Below, one piece after another: positions 1-10,064 of a DNA stretch of 32,000 nt. The position numbers were made by a program, and so were the translations under genes. A model generated the notes under the pieces. That model made no database searches, was not told where the DNA came from, and saw nothing but the letters and a program-made list of their open reading frames with translations. This stretch comes from Isorropodon fossajaponicum endosymbiont JTNG4. GTDB lineage: Bacteria > Pseudomonadota > Gammaproteobacteria > PS1 > Pseudothioglobaceae. The DNA lies in the NCBI RefSeq assembly GCF_016592615.1, contig NZ_AP013043.1, forward strand, positions 1,020,001-1,052,000, read 5' to 3'. Position 1 is the first letter of the stretch. Each line of letters opens with the position of its first letter.

Positions 1-521
1 TTAGCAAACTTGTCAAAATCTGGATTACCTTGGCCTGATATCTTTAGCATAGGATCAGTAAACATTGAAAACATACCTGGTACGCTACCAAACATACCAC
101 CTGAGTTTGGGGATACGATTGATTGTGAATATTGAACACCCGCATTTCTAAGTGCTTCATTGGCTGAGGCAATTTCAGCATAAGCTGAATCTCTTTGCGC
201 TTGAATGGATTCTTGTTCTAATTTGACTAAAATTGAACCTTGTTTAAACATATCACCTTCTTGACCGCCAATGCTTAATACATCGCCAGAGACCTGAGCA
301 ACTAAATTAACTTGTGAAGAAGAAATGACCGAACCACCCAATAGTGCTCTTTTGTCAAGTGACATACCACTCACAACTTGGACGTTATAAATAGATTCAA
401 AATTATTAACACTTTGATTTACACCTCTCAAAGGCGCACCAAATGATGTGATTTGTGCCTGAGAAAACAACGAAAACATCAATAAAATTGATGTGAACAA
501 TAAGGAGACTAATGCATTCAT
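1..521 (-). CDS. 5' part of a secreted membrane-fusion (HlyD / RND-adaptor-like) protein; runs off the left edge
   Basis: Hand translation from ATG at 521 gives MNALVSLLFTSILLMFSLFSQA (signal peptide). This is followed by 'VSGDVLSIGGQEGDMFKQGSILVKLE' (lipoyl-like hairpin typical of membrane-fusion proteins) and a coiled-coil-like 'QESIQAQRDSAYAEIASANEALRNA'. The frame stays open to position 1. It is absent from the ORF track because it is truncated by the window edge. Confidence 0.45.
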   Translation of the reverse strand, partial: MNALVSLLFTSILLMFSLFSQAQITSFGAPLRGVNQSVNNFESIYNVQVVSGMSLDKRALLGGSVISSSQVNLVAQVSGDVLSIGGQEGDMFKQGSILVKLEQESIQAQRDSAYAEIASANEALRNAGVQYSQSIVSPNSGGMFGSVPGMFSMFTDPMLKISGQGNPDFDKFA

Positions 522-718
522 AGTTGACCTGTTTTTAAAAATAAAAAAAATAAACTTTAGCGAGAATTTTATATGATTAAAATATACCATATTTATTTAT
601 TTTTTTAAATATGGGCAGCCTGCTTTTATCCTATTGGTACAAGTGTTTGTTTTTAAATAACTTTATTTACTTTCATGAACAAATTTCTCTTGTATAAAAA
701 TCTCACAATATTAACCTA

Positions 719-1717
719 ATGACGAATATCGCTTTCACCGTTGGAGAACCATCAGGCATTGGACCTGATTTAGCTGTTATTTACGCTCAAAAAAAATCAA
801 GTAAAAATCTTTTGTTATTTGCAGATCCAGATGTCTTATTAAATCGCGCAAAACAACTTAATTTAAACATAAAAATCGTTGAATCCGAACAAACCAGTTC
901 AGCTTATGAACTGTCTGTCTATCCAATTAAAGTTAACGCTCCTGTAGAATGCGGCATTTTAAATAAAGACAATGCACAATATGTGTTAAATACACTTGAT
1001 TGTGCAACTGGATATTGCCTTAACTCACGATGCAATGCCTTGGTTACTGGTCCGGTACATAAGGGCATTATTAACCAAGCAGGAATTGGTTTTACGGGGC
1101 ATACTGAATATTTAGCCAACTTATCTAATACCGATAAAACAGTCATGATGTTGGCAACAAGTGACTTAAGGGTTGCACTAGCAACCACGCACATGCCGCT
1201 TTCAGAAGTGCCTCAAAGTATTACCACCCAATCTTTGCAAAAAACCATTAGTATTATTCATCAATTCTTATTAAATGATGGTATCTATACACCTAAGATT
1301 GTTGTATGTGGCTTAAATCCACATGCAGGCGAAGATGGCTATTTAGGCATGGAAGAGATTGAAATTATCAATCCTTTAATCAAAAAACTAAACAACCAAG
1401 GGTATAATCTTATCGGTAGTGTACCTGCTGATACAGCCTTTACACCTGATGCGCTGATTGGTGTTGACTGTGTACTTACCATGTATCATGACCAAGGCTT
1501 GCCAGTGCTAAAAACATTGGGATTTAAAAAAGCAGTTAACATTACACTGGGTTTGCCGTTTATCCGAACCTCAGTGGATCATGGTAGTGCGCTTAGTCTT
1601 GCTGGTACTGGGAATATTAACCTTGGTAGTTTAAATACTGCACTGAATTATGCACAAATACTAGTGCTCAATCATAAAAAACGTCAATCTTCACAAGTGG
1701 CATCATCTTATGCATAA
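719..1717 (+). CDS. pdxA: 4-hydroxythreonine-4-phosphate dehydrogenase
   Basis: 332-aa ORF with PdxA-like motifs 'GEPSGIGPD', 'TGHTEYL', 'GLNPHAGE' and 'VDHGSAL'. It heads the conserved pdxA-rsmA-apaG-apaH order. Confidence 0.9.
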   Translation: MTNIAFTVGEPSGIGPDLAVIYAQKKSSKNLLLFADPDVLLNRAKQLNLNIKIVESEQTSSAYELSVYPIKVNAPVECGILNKDNAQYVLNTLDCATGYCLNSRCNALVTGPVHKGIINQAGIGFTGHTEYLANLSNTDKTVMMLATSDLRVALATTHMPLSEVPQSITTQSLQKTISIIHQFLLNDGIYTPKIVVCGLNPHAGEDGYLGMEEIEIINPLIKKLNNQGYNLIGSVPADTAFTPDALIGVDCVLTMYHDQGLPVLKTLGFKKAVNITLGLPFIRTSVDHGSALSLAGTGNINLGSLNTALNYAQILVLNHKKRQSSQVASSYA

Positions 1718-2462
1718 AGCTCGTAAGCGTTTTGGACAAAACTTCCTTATTGATCATAGAATTATTGATCGCATTATTGCCACCATCGCTCCAAAGCGTG
1801 ACGATAATTTACTAGAAATCGGCCCTGGGCAAGGCGCCATAACCCTGCCTTTATTAGATTATATTGAGCAATTAAACGTCATTGAAATTGATCGAAATTT
1901 AATTTCAATTTTAGAATCACTTGAACGCCCTAATTTAATCATTCATCAAGGCGATGTCCTTAAATTTGACTTAAACGCCCTACCCACACCAATTAGAATA
2001 GTTGGAAATTTACCTTATAATATTTCCTCTCCTGTTCTTTTTTATTTGCTTGAAAATTTAGATAAAATAAAAGACATGACCTTCATGCTGCAAAAAGAAG
2101 TTGTAGAAAGGATGGCAGCAAATAATGGCTCTAAAATATATGGACGTTTAAGTGTCATGATGCAGGCATTTTTTGATGTTCAGATGATTTTTATCGTACC
2201 ACCAGAATCATTCAATCCTGCACCAAGAGTAGAATCTGCCATTGTGCATTTAAAACCTTTAAGACAACCAAAAACCAAAGACATTAAAGTACTTGAAAAA
2301 GTTGTAAAATTAGCATTTTCACAACGCAGAAAAACGCTAAGGAATTGCTTAAAATCAATACTAACTCAAGGGCAAACTGATATTGACTTATCTCAACGCG
2401 CCGAAATGCTAACAATTGATAATTTTATTACCTTAACACAAGACTATGAAAAACAACATTGA
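1710..2462 (+). CDS. rsmA: 16S rRNA (adenine1518/1519-N6)-dimethyltransferase
   Basis: 'RFGQNFL' N-terminus, SAM-binding 'LEIGPGQGAIT' and 'GNLPYNISSP'. It overlaps pdxA by 8 nt (ATGCATAA). Confidence 0.9.
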   Translation: MHKARKRFGQNFLIDHRIIDRIIATIAPKRDDNLLEIGPGQGAITLPLLDYIEQLNVIEIDRNLISILESLERPNLIIHQGDVLKFDLNALPTPIRIVGNLPYNISSPVLFYLLENLDKIKDMTFMLQKEVVERMAANNGSKIYGRLSVMMQAFFDVQMIFIVPPESFNPAPRVESAIVHLKPLRQPKTKDIKVLEKVVKLAFSQRRKTLRNCLKSILTQGQTDIDLSQRAEMLTIDNFITLTQDYEKQH

Positions 2463-2817
2463 AATCAAGGTTAAAGTAGCTTATTTGGAGCATCAGTCAG
2501 ATGTTTATGCAAGTCAGTACGCTTATACTTACACCATTACTATCACCAACAAAGGTCATGTTGGCGTGCAGCTTTTAACGCGTCATTGGCGCATTCAAGA
2601 TGAAACTGGACATACTGAAGATGTTATTGGCGAAGGCGTGATTGGTCAACAACCTCATTTAGCGTCAGGAGAATCTTTTCAGTACGCTTCAGGTGCCATT
2701 ATCAAAACCTTAACTGGCTCCATGAAAGGCTCTTATGGCATGATTGATGACCATGGCGAACGTTTTAATGTACAAGTTCCTGAATTTGTACTCAGTAAGC
2801 CTTATACGCTACATTAA
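2446..2817 (+). CDS. apaG: ApaG (DUF525) protein
   Basis: 123 aa that aligns by eye with E. coli ApaG ('VQLL.R.W.I....G', 'GEGV.G.QP', 'YQY(A/T)SGAII'). Its position between rsmA and apaH fits. Confidence 0.85.
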   Translation: MKNNIEIKVKVAYLEHQSDVYASQYAYTYTITITNKGHVGVQLLTRHWRIQDETGHTEDVIGEGVIGQQPHLASGESFQYASGAIIKTLTGSMKGSYGMIDDHGERFNVQVPEFVLSKPYTLH

Positions 2818-3614
2818 TGTCAGATTATTTAATTGGCGACATTCAAGGTTGCTTTGACGCCTTGCAAGCTTTGTTAAAAAAAATTAAATTCTCAAGCGAC
2901 AAAGATCAGCTATTTTTTTTAGGCGATGTGGTCAACAGGGGTAAGAAATCTTTAGCTACATTGCGTTTTATTAAAGATTTAAAAAGTAATGCTTCGATGG
3001 TGTTGGGTAATCATGATTTTCACTTGTTAGCCTGTTCGCTAGGCAGCAAAAAACCCAATAAGAAAGACACGTTTATGGATGTTATCAATGCCAATGATGC
3101 AGATTCACTACTGGATTTTCTGCGCAACCAGCCTTTGATAATTAAACACAAAAATGTTCTTATGATTCATGCTGGCGTGCCACCAAATTGGGATGTTGAC
3201 AGACTTTTTCAACAATCTAAGCAAGTTCAAAAACACCTTCAAGGTACTAACATTTCACAGTTTTTAGATAAAATATATGACAATAAGTCTAATATTTGGT
3301 CTAAAGGTTTAACTGAATTAGAGCAATGTCGATATACTATTAACGCCCTAATGCGGCTACGCTTTTGCAAAGCTAATGGTGAATTAGAATTTAGCCATAA
3401 AATGAATTATACGCATCCACCAAAAGGTTTTAAAGCTTGGTTTATGCACAAAAATAGAGTGTTAAAAAATACCGATATATTCTTTGGTCATTGGTCTAGT
3501 TTGTCAGGTGTTAATCAAACACGCATTTATCCTATGGATCATGGCTGTATTTGGCATGGGCGATTAAGTGCTATCAGACTAAAGGACAGACAAGTCTTTT
3601 CTGTCAATTGTTAA
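2817..3614 (+). CDS. apaH: bis(5'-nucleosyl)-tetraphosphatase, symmetrical
   Basis: Metallophosphatase motifs 'GDIQGC', 'GDVVNRG', 'GNHD' and 'IHAG'. There is a TAATG stop/start overlap with apaG. Confidence 0.9.
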   Translation: MSDYLIGDIQGCFDALQALLKKIKFSSDKDQLFFLGDVVNRGKKSLATLRFIKDLKSNASMVLGNHDFHLLACSLGSKKPNKKDTFMDVINANDADSLLDFLRNQPLIIKHKNVLMIHAGVPPNWDVDRLFQQSKQVQKHLQGTNISQFLDKIYDNKSNIWSKGLTELEQCRYTINALMRLRFCKANGELEFSHKMNYTHPPKGFKAWFMHKNRVLKNTDIFFGHWSSLSGVNQTRIYPMDHGCIWHGRLSAIRLKDRQVFSVNC

Positions 3615-4426
3615 ATGTCCACCTTGCCTTCAAATACAAATTGTGCAGGGCCTGATAAAAATACATGCCCACCCTGTGTGTATTCAATCAAAGCATCGCC
3701 ACCACTTAAGTGAGCAATCACATTTTCTTTTAATAAGCCTTGATCAACACCATAAACCACTGCTGCACAGGCACCAGAGCCGCAAGCTAAAGTTTCACCA
3801 GAACCGCGTTCATAAACACGCAAATTAATTTCATGAGTATTCAAAATTTGTATAAAACCAATGTTAGCTTGGTTGGGCAGCAACTTACTTTGTTGAATTT
3901 TGGGTGCAATGCTACTAACATCAACGGCATTAACATCCTCAACTAGCATAACACAATGAGGATTGCCAATTGAAACAACACCTAAACCACATCCTTCAAT
4001 TTGATAATGTGCGCTTTGTTGTGGCACGAGGAGTGGGATATCAACTGGATTAAGACTAGGCTTCCCCATATCAACACGTACTGTGTTGTCAGTATTCAAA
4101 TGCAAACTAATAATGCTAGAGCGAGTTTCGACAACAATTGGGTTTTTATTACTTAAACCTTTTTCACTAACAAAACGCGCAAAACAACGCGCCCCATTGC
4201 CACATTGCTCCACTTCTAAACCGTCAGCATTATAGATAGCATAACGAAAATCAACATCTTTTGTGTTGCTAGTTTCAACCGTTAATAGTTGGTCAAAGCC
4301 AATGCCGAAATGTCGATTGGCTAAATTTGCTATTTGTTCAGCATTAAAAACAATATCACCAGCAAGATTGTCAACCACCATAAAGTCGTTACCAAGTCCG
4401 TGCATTTTTGTAAAATTAATCAACAT
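3611..4426 (-). CDS. dapF: diaminopimelate epimerase
   Basis: 'MHGLGNDF', and catalytic-Cys motifs 'CGNGARC' and 'ACGSGA'. 271 aa. Confidence 0.9.
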   Translation of the reverse strand: MLINFTKMHGLGNDFMVVDNLAGDIVFNAEQIANLANRHFGIGFDQLLTVETSNTKDVDFRYAIYNADGLEVEQCGNGARCFARFVSEKGLSNKNPIVVETRSSIISLHLNTDNTVRVDMGKPSLNPVDIPLLVPQQSAHYQIEGCGLGVVSIGNPHCVMLVEDVNAVDVSSIAPKIQQSKLLPNQANIGFIQILNTHEINLRVYERGSGETLACGSGACAAVVYGVDQGLLKENVIAHLSGGDALIEYTQGGHVFLSGPAQFVFEGKVDI

Positions 4427-4516
4427 ATTTTATGTATTATCCACTTATAACTCTCAAGGTTAAGAATAATTGAATTCTGATAAAATATCACTTGATTTCC
4501 ACATCCAGGCAACCAA

Positions 4517-4870
4517 ATGCAAACACCAACTAATATTACCTTAAACAAAGAAAAAATCTTATTAACCGTCACCTTTGACAAGATTGATTATCCACTTAGC
4601 GCTGAATATTTAAGAGTTTATTCACCCTCAGCTGAAGTGGTTGGCCATGGCAAGGGGCAAGAAACTTTGCAACTTAATAAAGAAAACGTAACCATTCTAC
4701 GCATTCAGCCAACAGGTAATTATGCCGTTATTTTATTTTTTAGCGATAATCATGACAGTGGTATTTACTCCTGGTCACACTTGCATAAACTTGCTTTGAA
4801 TCATGACAAGCTTTGGCATGAATATTTACAAAAACTCAAAGATGCTGGACACACTCACCCACAATTATAA
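4517..4870 (+). CDS. DUF971-family protein (gamma-butyrobetaine hydroxylase-like N-terminal domain)
   Basis: 117 aa. 'LSAEYLRVYSPSAEV' and 'GNYAV.I.FSD.HDSGIYSW..L' resemble DUF971 as I recall the family. It lies 6 nt upstream of rseP. Confidence 0.55.
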   Translation: MQTPTNITLNKEKILLTVTFDKIDYPLSAEYLRVYSPSAEVVGHGKGQETLQLNKENVTILRIQPTGNYAVILFFSDNHDSGIYSWSHLHKLALNHDKLWHEYLQKLKDAGHTHPQL

Positions 4871-4876
4871 ACCCCA

Positions 4877-6214
4877 ATGGCGTTTATTTCTGCCCTAGGG
4901 TATTTCTTAATTACCATTGGTATTTTGGTAACTGTTCATGAATTGGGTCATTTTTTAGTTGCTAAAAAACTTAACGTCAAGGTCTTGCGTTTTTCGATTG
5001 GGTTTGGCAAGATTTTAAAATCATTTAAATATGGCGAAACTCAATACACGCTGTGCGTACTCCCTTTAGGTGGCTTTGTTAAAATGCTTGATGAAAACGA
5101 AGCACCAGTTGAAGCGTCAGAAAAACACCGTGCTTTTAATCAGCAAAGCGTTTATAAGCGCATTATGATTGTTGCAGCTGGACCGATTGCTAATTTTCTT
5201 TTAGCTATTATCCTCTACACTGTTGTTTTTGTTATCGGTGTTAATGGTGTTAAGCCTATTGTAGGCGCACTTGAAAGTCCTAGTATTGCTCAAAAGTCAG
5301 GCATTAAAACAGGCGACCAGCTACTGAGCATTAATGGCGTTTTAACACCAACCATCAGCGAATTTTCAATTAATTTTATTCAATCACTGGATGAGAATCC
5401 TCTTTATGTTAATGTCATTTCCAGCACTTCAAATCTTAAAAAATTAGAACTTAACTTATCTGGCGACTTCTTATCCAATCCAGAACAAGGTATTGAGCAC
5501 TACTTAGGGTTTAAGTTTGCCATGCCTAAACTTGAGGTAATTATTGACCATGTTGTGCCTAATTCGCCCGCTTCAATAGCAGGCTTACAAACAAATGACA
5601 AAATCCTAAATGCAAACCAGATTCGTATCAATTCATGGCATGATTTTGTTAATGTCATTCAAAACAGCCCAAATAAAGAAATTAATTTGCAAGTTAAACG
5701 CAATGGTAATACTTTAAATACAATACTGACACCAAAAATTGAGAACGGTTTAGCCAAAGCGGGTATTAGCGTTTTGGTACCCACTGGTTATTTAGATAAG
5801 TGGCTCGTATTAGTTAAAAAAGATATATTTGGTGCTTTCATAGCAGCTAATGATAAAGTTTATCAACTCACCTTGCTTAACTTGAAAATGATTAAAAAAA
5901 TGATTATGGGTGACGCATCACTTAATCAGATTAGCGGACCTATTAGCATTGCTAACTATGCCGGCAAAAGTGCCCAAGTTGGCTTTGTATCATTTTTATC
6001 TTTCTTGGCGCTCATTAGTATTGGCTTGGGTTTGCTTAATTTATTGCCCATTCCGCTATTAGATGGCGGGCATTTGTTTTTCTATTTAATAGAGCTCATT
6101 AAAGGTTCGGCTGTTAGCCAATCATTTCAACAAGTTTTAACAAAATTTGGCTTGCTTGTTATTATGTCACTAACAGTTGTTGCTCTGTATAATGATTTGT
6201 CACGTTTATTATAA
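4877..6214 (+). CDS. rseP: RIP zinc metalloprotease (site-2 protease, M50)
   Basis: 'HELGHF' in the first TM segment, a central PDZ-like region and C-terminal 'NLLPIPLLDGGH'. It sits immediately upstream of bamA, as in many Proteobacteria. Confidence 0.9.
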   Translation: MAFISALGYFLITIGILVTVHELGHFLVAKKLNVKVLRFSIGFGKILKSFKYGETQYTLCVLPLGGFVKMLDENEAPVEASEKHRAFNQQSVYKRIMIVAAGPIANFLLAIILYTVVFVIGVNGVKPIVGALESPSIAQKSGIKTGDQLLSINGVLTPTISEFSINFIQSLDENPLYVNVISSTSNLKKLELNLSGDFLSNPEQGIEHYLGFKFAMPKLEVIIDHVVPNSPASIAGLQTNDKILNANQIRINSWHDFVNVIQNSPNKEINLQVKRNGNTLNTILTPKIENGLAKAGISVLVPTGYLDKWLVLVKKDIFGAFIAANDKVYQLTLLNLKMIKKMIMGDASLNQISGPISIANYAGKSAQVGFVSFLSFLALISIGLGLLNLLPIPLLDGGHLFFYLIELIKGSAVSQSFQQVLTKFGLLVIMSLTVVALYNDLSRLL

Positions 6215-6217
6215 TTT

Positions 6218-6272
6218 ATGAAAAAAATATGAGAAAAATATGAGAAAAATATGAGAAAAATATGAAAAAAAT
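6218..6272 (+). repeat. five head-to-tail copies of an 11-bp unit ATGA(A/G)AAAAAT spanning the rseP-bamA spacer and the bamA start
   Basis: Read directly: ATGAAAAAAAT (6218), ATGAGAAAAAT (6229, 6240, 6251) and ATGAAAAAAAT (6262, the bamA start). Confidence 0.95.
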
Positions 6273-8553
6273 TATCACCTTATTTGTCTTAGTAGCAAGC
6301 ATTTTTGCTTGTTCAGTTGCACTAGCAGCGCCTATTAAAAATATTGAAATTCTAGGTCTTAATGTTATTTCTAGGGGTACGGTCTTAGGCTATCTTCCAG
6401 TTGAAACAGGTGATGATTACAACAATCAAACATCAGGACAAATTATTCGTGCTCTGTATAAAACTAATTTTTTTAAAGACATTGAAGTTTCTCAAGAGGC
6501 TCAAATTTTGAAAATCAAGTTAACAGAAAACCCTCATATTAAATACATTGATGTGACTAATTATTCAAATAAAGTCATTGAAGAAAAGTCATTAAATCAA
6601 ATTTTGAAAACTATGGGGCTTTCTCAAGGCAAAATTTTCAATAAAAGACAACTTGATAAATTAATTGCCCAACTAAAAGCTGTCTATGCATCAAAAGGTT
6701 ATTACGGCATTAGCATCGCCAAAACTATTAAGATTGATACACAGAATAGAGTGGGTATTGAGCTTAATATTAGTGAAGGCAAAGTGGCAAAAATTAGCTC
6801 AATGAAAATTACTGGTAATCGTGTTTTTGATGAAAGCGAATTATTAAATTTATTTAAAATTGGGCAAGCTGACTTTTTTATTATCAATTATTTCACCGAA
6901 AAAGATCACCACTCCAAGGTGGCATTAGATGCCGGCATTGAATCTATGAAATCATTCTATATTAACGCCGGTTATCTTGATTTTAAAGTTAATGAAGTCA
7001 AAACAGATTTATCAGAAGACAAACAAAATATCAGCATTAACATTCAGATTAGTGAAGGCGCTGAATACAAAATTGGCACCATTCAATTTACAGGCGACTT
7101 GCTTAGTCATTCCATTGAAGATCTTAGAAAGTTATTGAGTTTTAAAAAAGGTGATGTGTTTGAACGCAAAAAAATGATACAGAGTTTGCAGGCTATTAAC
7201 GACGTATTCGCCAATCAAGGCTATGCTTTTTCTGATGTCAAAGTTGCAACATTAGAAAACACAAGTGCACATACAATTGATTTAAATATTGACATAACGC
7301 CCAATAAAAAAGTTTACATTAACCGCATCACTATTGTTGGCAACACCCGTACTCAGGATGAAGTTATTCGTCGTGAAATTGACATTCATGAGGGGGGGGT
7401 GTACTCTAGTACTGAACTTAATGAATCTATCGAAAAAATCAAACGCTTAGGCTTTTTCTCCGATGTAAAAATGCAAGTTTCAAAACTTGAAGGCTTTAAA
7501 GATAAAATTAACCTACATTTTAGTGTTGAAGAAACCCAAACCGGTACTTTTTCAATTGGCTTATCACACTCTAATAGCACAGGTGCATCACTCAACTTAG
7601 GCGTACAAGAAAGAAATTTTTTAGGCACGGGTAATACACTAAATCTTTCCTTATCTAACTCTAAAGCAGCAAGAAATATTAGTTTTTATTTTTCTGATCC
7701 GTATTTTACTCAAAATGGGCACAGCATTAGTTACGGCGTATTTTCCAAAAAATTAGATGCATCTGAATTAGAGTTGGATAAATATAAGATTGATGAAAAT
7801 GGCTTTAGTTTAGGTTATAGCATACCCGTAACAAAAGAAACAAGAATTGGCGCTGACTTAAGAGCTTCAAAGCGTGATATTACTTGTGGAACAACCTTTT
7901 CTAATAATGATCACGAGCCAACACAATGTGCCAGTAAAGATAAAACTGAACTGAAATTGGGCTTGAATTGGAGTAACAACACACTAAATGACTTTAATTT
8001 TCCAACCAAAGGGCAAAAAAATAGTTTAAATTTTAGTCTGGCCTTGCCTATGGCAGATTTTCATTATTATAAGCTAGATGCCTCTCATAAAAGTTACTAC
8101 CCATTGAAAAATGATTTAACTCTTTCCTTGAAAAGTAATCTAGGCCTTGCTCAAGGTTATGATAACAAAGAACTGCCTTTCTTTAAACGCTACTATGGTG
8201 GCGGATCCTCGTCAGTGCGTGGGTTTGACTTTAACTCCTTAGGTGCAAAATATATAGGTAGTGACAAAGCCAAAGGTGGTGAACTTTCCTTCCTGACTAG
8301 TGCCTCAGTCATCTCGCCAATAAAATTTATAGATGATAGTAAAAACATGCGCATTAGTGCCTTTGTTGATTTGGGGTCAATTAGTGAAAAAGCCTCTGGG
8401 TTTGACTTAGATGAATTACGCCTTTCAATAGGTGTTGCATTTTCTTGGCTAACACCTATTGGACCATTAGGCTTTTATGTTGCCCAGCCTTTAATTAAAA
8501 AATTAGGTGATAAAACCAAAACATTTGACTTTACATTAGGCACTAGTTTCTAA
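6262..8553 (+). CDS. bamA: outer membrane protein assembly factor BamA
   Basis: 763 aa with a signal peptide (MKKIITLFVLVASIFACSVALA), POTRA-like repeats and a C-terminal beta-barrel ending in '...TLGTSF'. It sits in the rseP-bamA-lpxD context. Confidence 0.9.
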   Translation: MKKIITLFVLVASIFACSVALAAPIKNIEILGLNVISRGTVLGYLPVETGDDYNNQTSGQIIRALYKTNFFKDIEVSQEAQILKIKLTENPHIKYIDVTNYSNKVIEEKSLNQILKTMGLSQGKIFNKRQLDKLIAQLKAVYASKGYYGISIAKTIKIDTQNRVGIELNISEGKVAKISSMKITGNRVFDESELLNLFKIGQADFFIINYFTEKDHHSKVALDAGIESMKSFYINAGYLDFKVNEVKTDLSEDKQNISINIQISEGAEYKIGTIQFTGDLLSHSIEDLRKLLSFKKGDVFERKKMIQSLQAINDVFANQGYAFSDVKVATLENTSAHTIDLNIDITPNKKVYINRITIVGNTRTQDEVIRREIDIHEGGVYSSTELNESIEKIKRLGFFSDVKMQVSKLEGFKDKINLHFSVEETQTGTFSIGLSHSNSTGASLNLGVQERNFLGTGNTLNLSLSNSKAARNISFYFSDPYFTQNGHSISYGVFSKKLDASELELDKYKIDENGFSLGYSIPVTKETRIGADLRASKRDITCGTTFSNNDHEPTQCASKDKTELKLGLNWSNNTLNDFNFPTKGQKNSLNFSLALPMADFHYYKLDASHKSYYPLKNDLTLSLKSNLGLAQGYDNKELPFFKRYYGGGSSSVRGFDFNSLGAKYIGSDKAKGGELSFLTSASVISPIKFIDDSKNMRISAFVDLGSISEKASGFDLDELRLSIGVAFSWLTPIGPLGFYVAQPLIKKLGDKTKTFDFTLGTSF

Positions 8554-8594
8554 ATCAAGCACAGATATAACTACCTTTTGACTTAATCTGAATA

Positions 8595-9593
8595 ATGCAC
8601 ACATTAGGGGAAATTGCTAAAATCATCAATGCTAAACTTGTAGGTGATGCTAATATTGAAATTACAGACATTGCCACGAGTCTATCGGCCAATCAAACAC
8701 AACTAACTTATATCGATGGTAACAAGCACAAAAAAACGTTAATAAACTCCAAGGCCGGTGTTGTTATTCTTAATAATGATTTGTTAAAAAACTGCCCTAC
8801 CAATGCTTTAGTGGTTGATGATGTCTACTTAGCATTTGCAAAAGCCACACACTTGTTTAAAAAACAAACTATGCATTATCAAGGCATCCATCCAAGTGCC
8901 AAAATCAATGATGCAAAAATAGCGCCAAACTGTACTATCGGTAAAAATGTTGTTATTGGCAATCACTGCGCCATTGCTTCAAATGTTGTTATTGAGGATA
9001 ATGTTACTATTGGTAATCATGCTTTGATTCAGCCAAATGTGAGTATTTTGCAAGGCTGTTCAATTGGCAACAATGTTGTTATATCTCCTGGCGTAGTGAT
9101 TGGCTCAGAAGGATTTGGCAATGCCCAAGATCAACAAAAACACTGGCATAGTATTGCCCACCTTGGTTATGTTGTTATTGGCAACAATGTGAGCATTGGT
9201 GCAAACACAACCATTGATAGAGGCACGATTGAAAACACTCAAATTCACAACGGTGTACGAATTGATAACTTAGTACATATTGCGCACAACGTTATTATTG
9301 GTCAAGACTCTGCCATTGCTGCCACAGTGACCATTGGTGGTAGTTGCACGCTAGGCAAAAGATGCATGGTGGGTGGCGGTGCAACCATTGCCAGCCACAT
9401 CAGTTTAGCAGATGATATTATTGTAACAGGTGCCAGCACTGTTGATAAAAATCTATCTGAGCAAGGGCATTACACAGGCTTCACCTCTATTAGCAGGCAT
9501 CAAAAATGGAAGAAAATACAAGTATGGCTGTTAAATCTTGATAAAATCGCTCATTATTTAAACATTAAACTTAAAGAATTAAAGGAAAAATAA
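8595..9593 (+). CDS. lpxD: UDP-3-O-acylglucosamine N-acyltransferase
   Basis: 332 aa with a long left-handed beta-helix hexapeptide-repeat region ('IGNNVVI', '[10 protein letters not shown]', 'IAHNVIIG'). It sits upstream of fabZ-lpxA. Confidence 0.9.
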   Translation: MHTLGEIAKIINAKLVGDANIEITDIATSLSANQTQLTYIDGNKHKKTLINSKAGVVILNNDLLKNCPTNALVVDDVYLAFAKATHLFKKQTMHYQGIHPSAKINDAKIAPNCTIGKNVVIGNHCAIASNVVIEDNVTIGNHALIQPNVSILQGCSIGNNVVISPGVVIGSEGFGNAQDQQKHWHSIAHLGYVVIGNNVSIGANTTIDRGTIENTQIHNGVRIDNLVHIAHNVIIGQDSAIAATVTIGGSCTLGKRCMVGGGATIASHISLADDIIVTGASTVDKNLSEQGHYTGFTSISRHQKWKKIQVWLLNLDKIAHYLNIKLKELKEK

Positions 9594-9594
9594 C

Positions 9595-10038
9595 ATGGAA
9601 ATGAACATTCAAGACGTCAAAAACTACCTACTCCATCGTTATCCTTTTTTGCTCATTGATAGAGTGCTAGAGCTAGAAATTGGCAAATCAATTGTGGCGT
9701 TAAAAAATGTGACCTTTAATGAACCTCAATTTACCGGACACTTCCCTAACCAGCCAATTATGCCTGGTGTTATGATCGTTGAAGCTTTAGCCCAAGCAAC
9801 AGGCATTTTAGCCTTTAAATCTGAAGTAGGCAAACCAATTGATGGACAAATATACATGCTTGTTGGTATTGATAAAGTCAGATTTAAACGCATAGTTGAG
9901 CCTGGAGACCAGTTGCGTTTAGAGGTAGAAATCATAACAGTTAAGCGTGGTATTTGGAAGTTTAAATGCAAAGCAACTGTAGATAATCAAATTGTTACGA
10001 GTGCTGAACTAATGTGTACTCAAAAAGCAGCAGATTAA
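9595..10038 (+). CDS. fabZ: 3-hydroxyacyl-ACP dehydratase
   Basis: '[11 protein letters not shown]' and 'GHFP.QPIMPGV...EALAQ'. 147 aa. Confidence 0.9.
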   Translation: MEMNIQDVKNYLLHRYPFLLIDRVLELEIGKSIVALKNVTFNEPQFTGHFPNQPIMPGVMIVEALAQATGILAFKSEVGKPIDGQIYMLVGIDKVRFKRIVEPGDQLRLEVEIITVKRGIWKFKCKATVDNQIVTSAELMCTQKAAD

Positions 10039-10064
10039 TTAAAAAAAAAATTAAGGAGCGTAAG

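Noticed and set aside
919-1194. Assorted 60-110-aa ORFs nested in other core genes, such as 919-1194 (-), 3643-3828 (+), 6702-6887 (-), 9726-9971 (-), 25167-25394 (-) and 25632-25976 (-).
   Set aside because: All lie inside longer ORFs with clear family motifs on the other strand or frame, and none has an independent coding signal that I can see.
6218-6272. The tandem repeat might be a CRISPR array or a minisatellite-type mobile remnant.
   Set aside because: The units are 11 bp and contiguous, with no spacers, and no cas genes are present. This is a simple tandem duplication of the bamA start region.
10014-10064. The upstream ATG (10014) as the lpxA start, giving a 280-aa protein that overlaps fabZ by 25 nt.
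   Set aside because: It adds a Lys-rich extension encoded by an A10 run. GTG 10065 has a strong AAGGAG at ideal spacing and gives the canonical LpxA length and N-terminus.
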